Shown here: one piece after another, positions 63,688-64,000 of the stretch | Layout of the letters: every line of letters starts with the position of its first letter | How positions within the stretch are numbered: the stretch's first letter is position 1 | NCBI GenBank assembly: GCA_964016885.1 | Contig: OZ024760.1 | Coordinates: forward strand, 9,114,001 to 9,178,000 | Direction of reading: 5' to 3' | DNA length: 64,000 nucleotides | DNA from: Eledone cirrhosa | Lineage: Eukaryota | The notes under the pieces: generated by a model | What the model was told of the DNA's origin: nothing | The model's input: only the letters and a program-made list of their open reading frames with translations | The model's database searches: none | Position numbers and translations under genes: made by a program

Positions 63688-64000
63688 TCTCTCATTGTTA
63701 TGGTGTGTTAGTGAGTGTAACTTGGCAAATTAGCTCAATGGTCTTCATTGGATGTTCAGAGCAGTAGTTCCATCCCATGTATGTGAGCAGGACTTCCGTA
63801 AAGGTTTTACATGTTTCATAGGAAAGCCAGCAATTGAGCTGGGGATCAGGAAGGCTAGCAATTGAACAGGGGATCAGTAATATTAGCAGTGGAGGATTAG
63901 GCAGTATGGAAAATATTGATATTACTACAATATTTCATCCAAGAAATTGAGACAAATAAAACCCCTTAAAATTAGTTCCATCTCAAAAGAAAATAAAGGA

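Overview
Eukaryotic, AT-rich and repeat-dense genomic DNA. The repeat landscape (RTE LINEs with (GAT)n tails, tRNA-headed SINEs, TTAA-flanked MITEs, long (TA)n tracts) resembles an octopus/cephalopod genome; this is an inference from memory, not a database match. There is one clearly intact gene: an intronless cytoplasmic poly(A)-binding protein (4 RRM + MLLE, 47057-48958, minus strand). It has a TOP-like/oligo(A) 5' leader and possibly a ~6.4 kb, microsatellite-filled 3' UTR. Most of the rest is transposon-derived. A ~21 kb 33-bp satellite (18135-39182) splits a decayed RTE LINE at its Cys-rich coding motif. Several smaller arrays (30-50 bp units) also arose inside mobile elements. Other relics include Gypsy integrase and Helitron helicase fragments and a cluster of fold-back, Penelope-like fragments (12.3-15.9 kb) carrying minimal type I hammerhead ribozyme motifs with compensatory stem changes. 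The very long ORFs in the ORF track are artefacts of tandem repeats.
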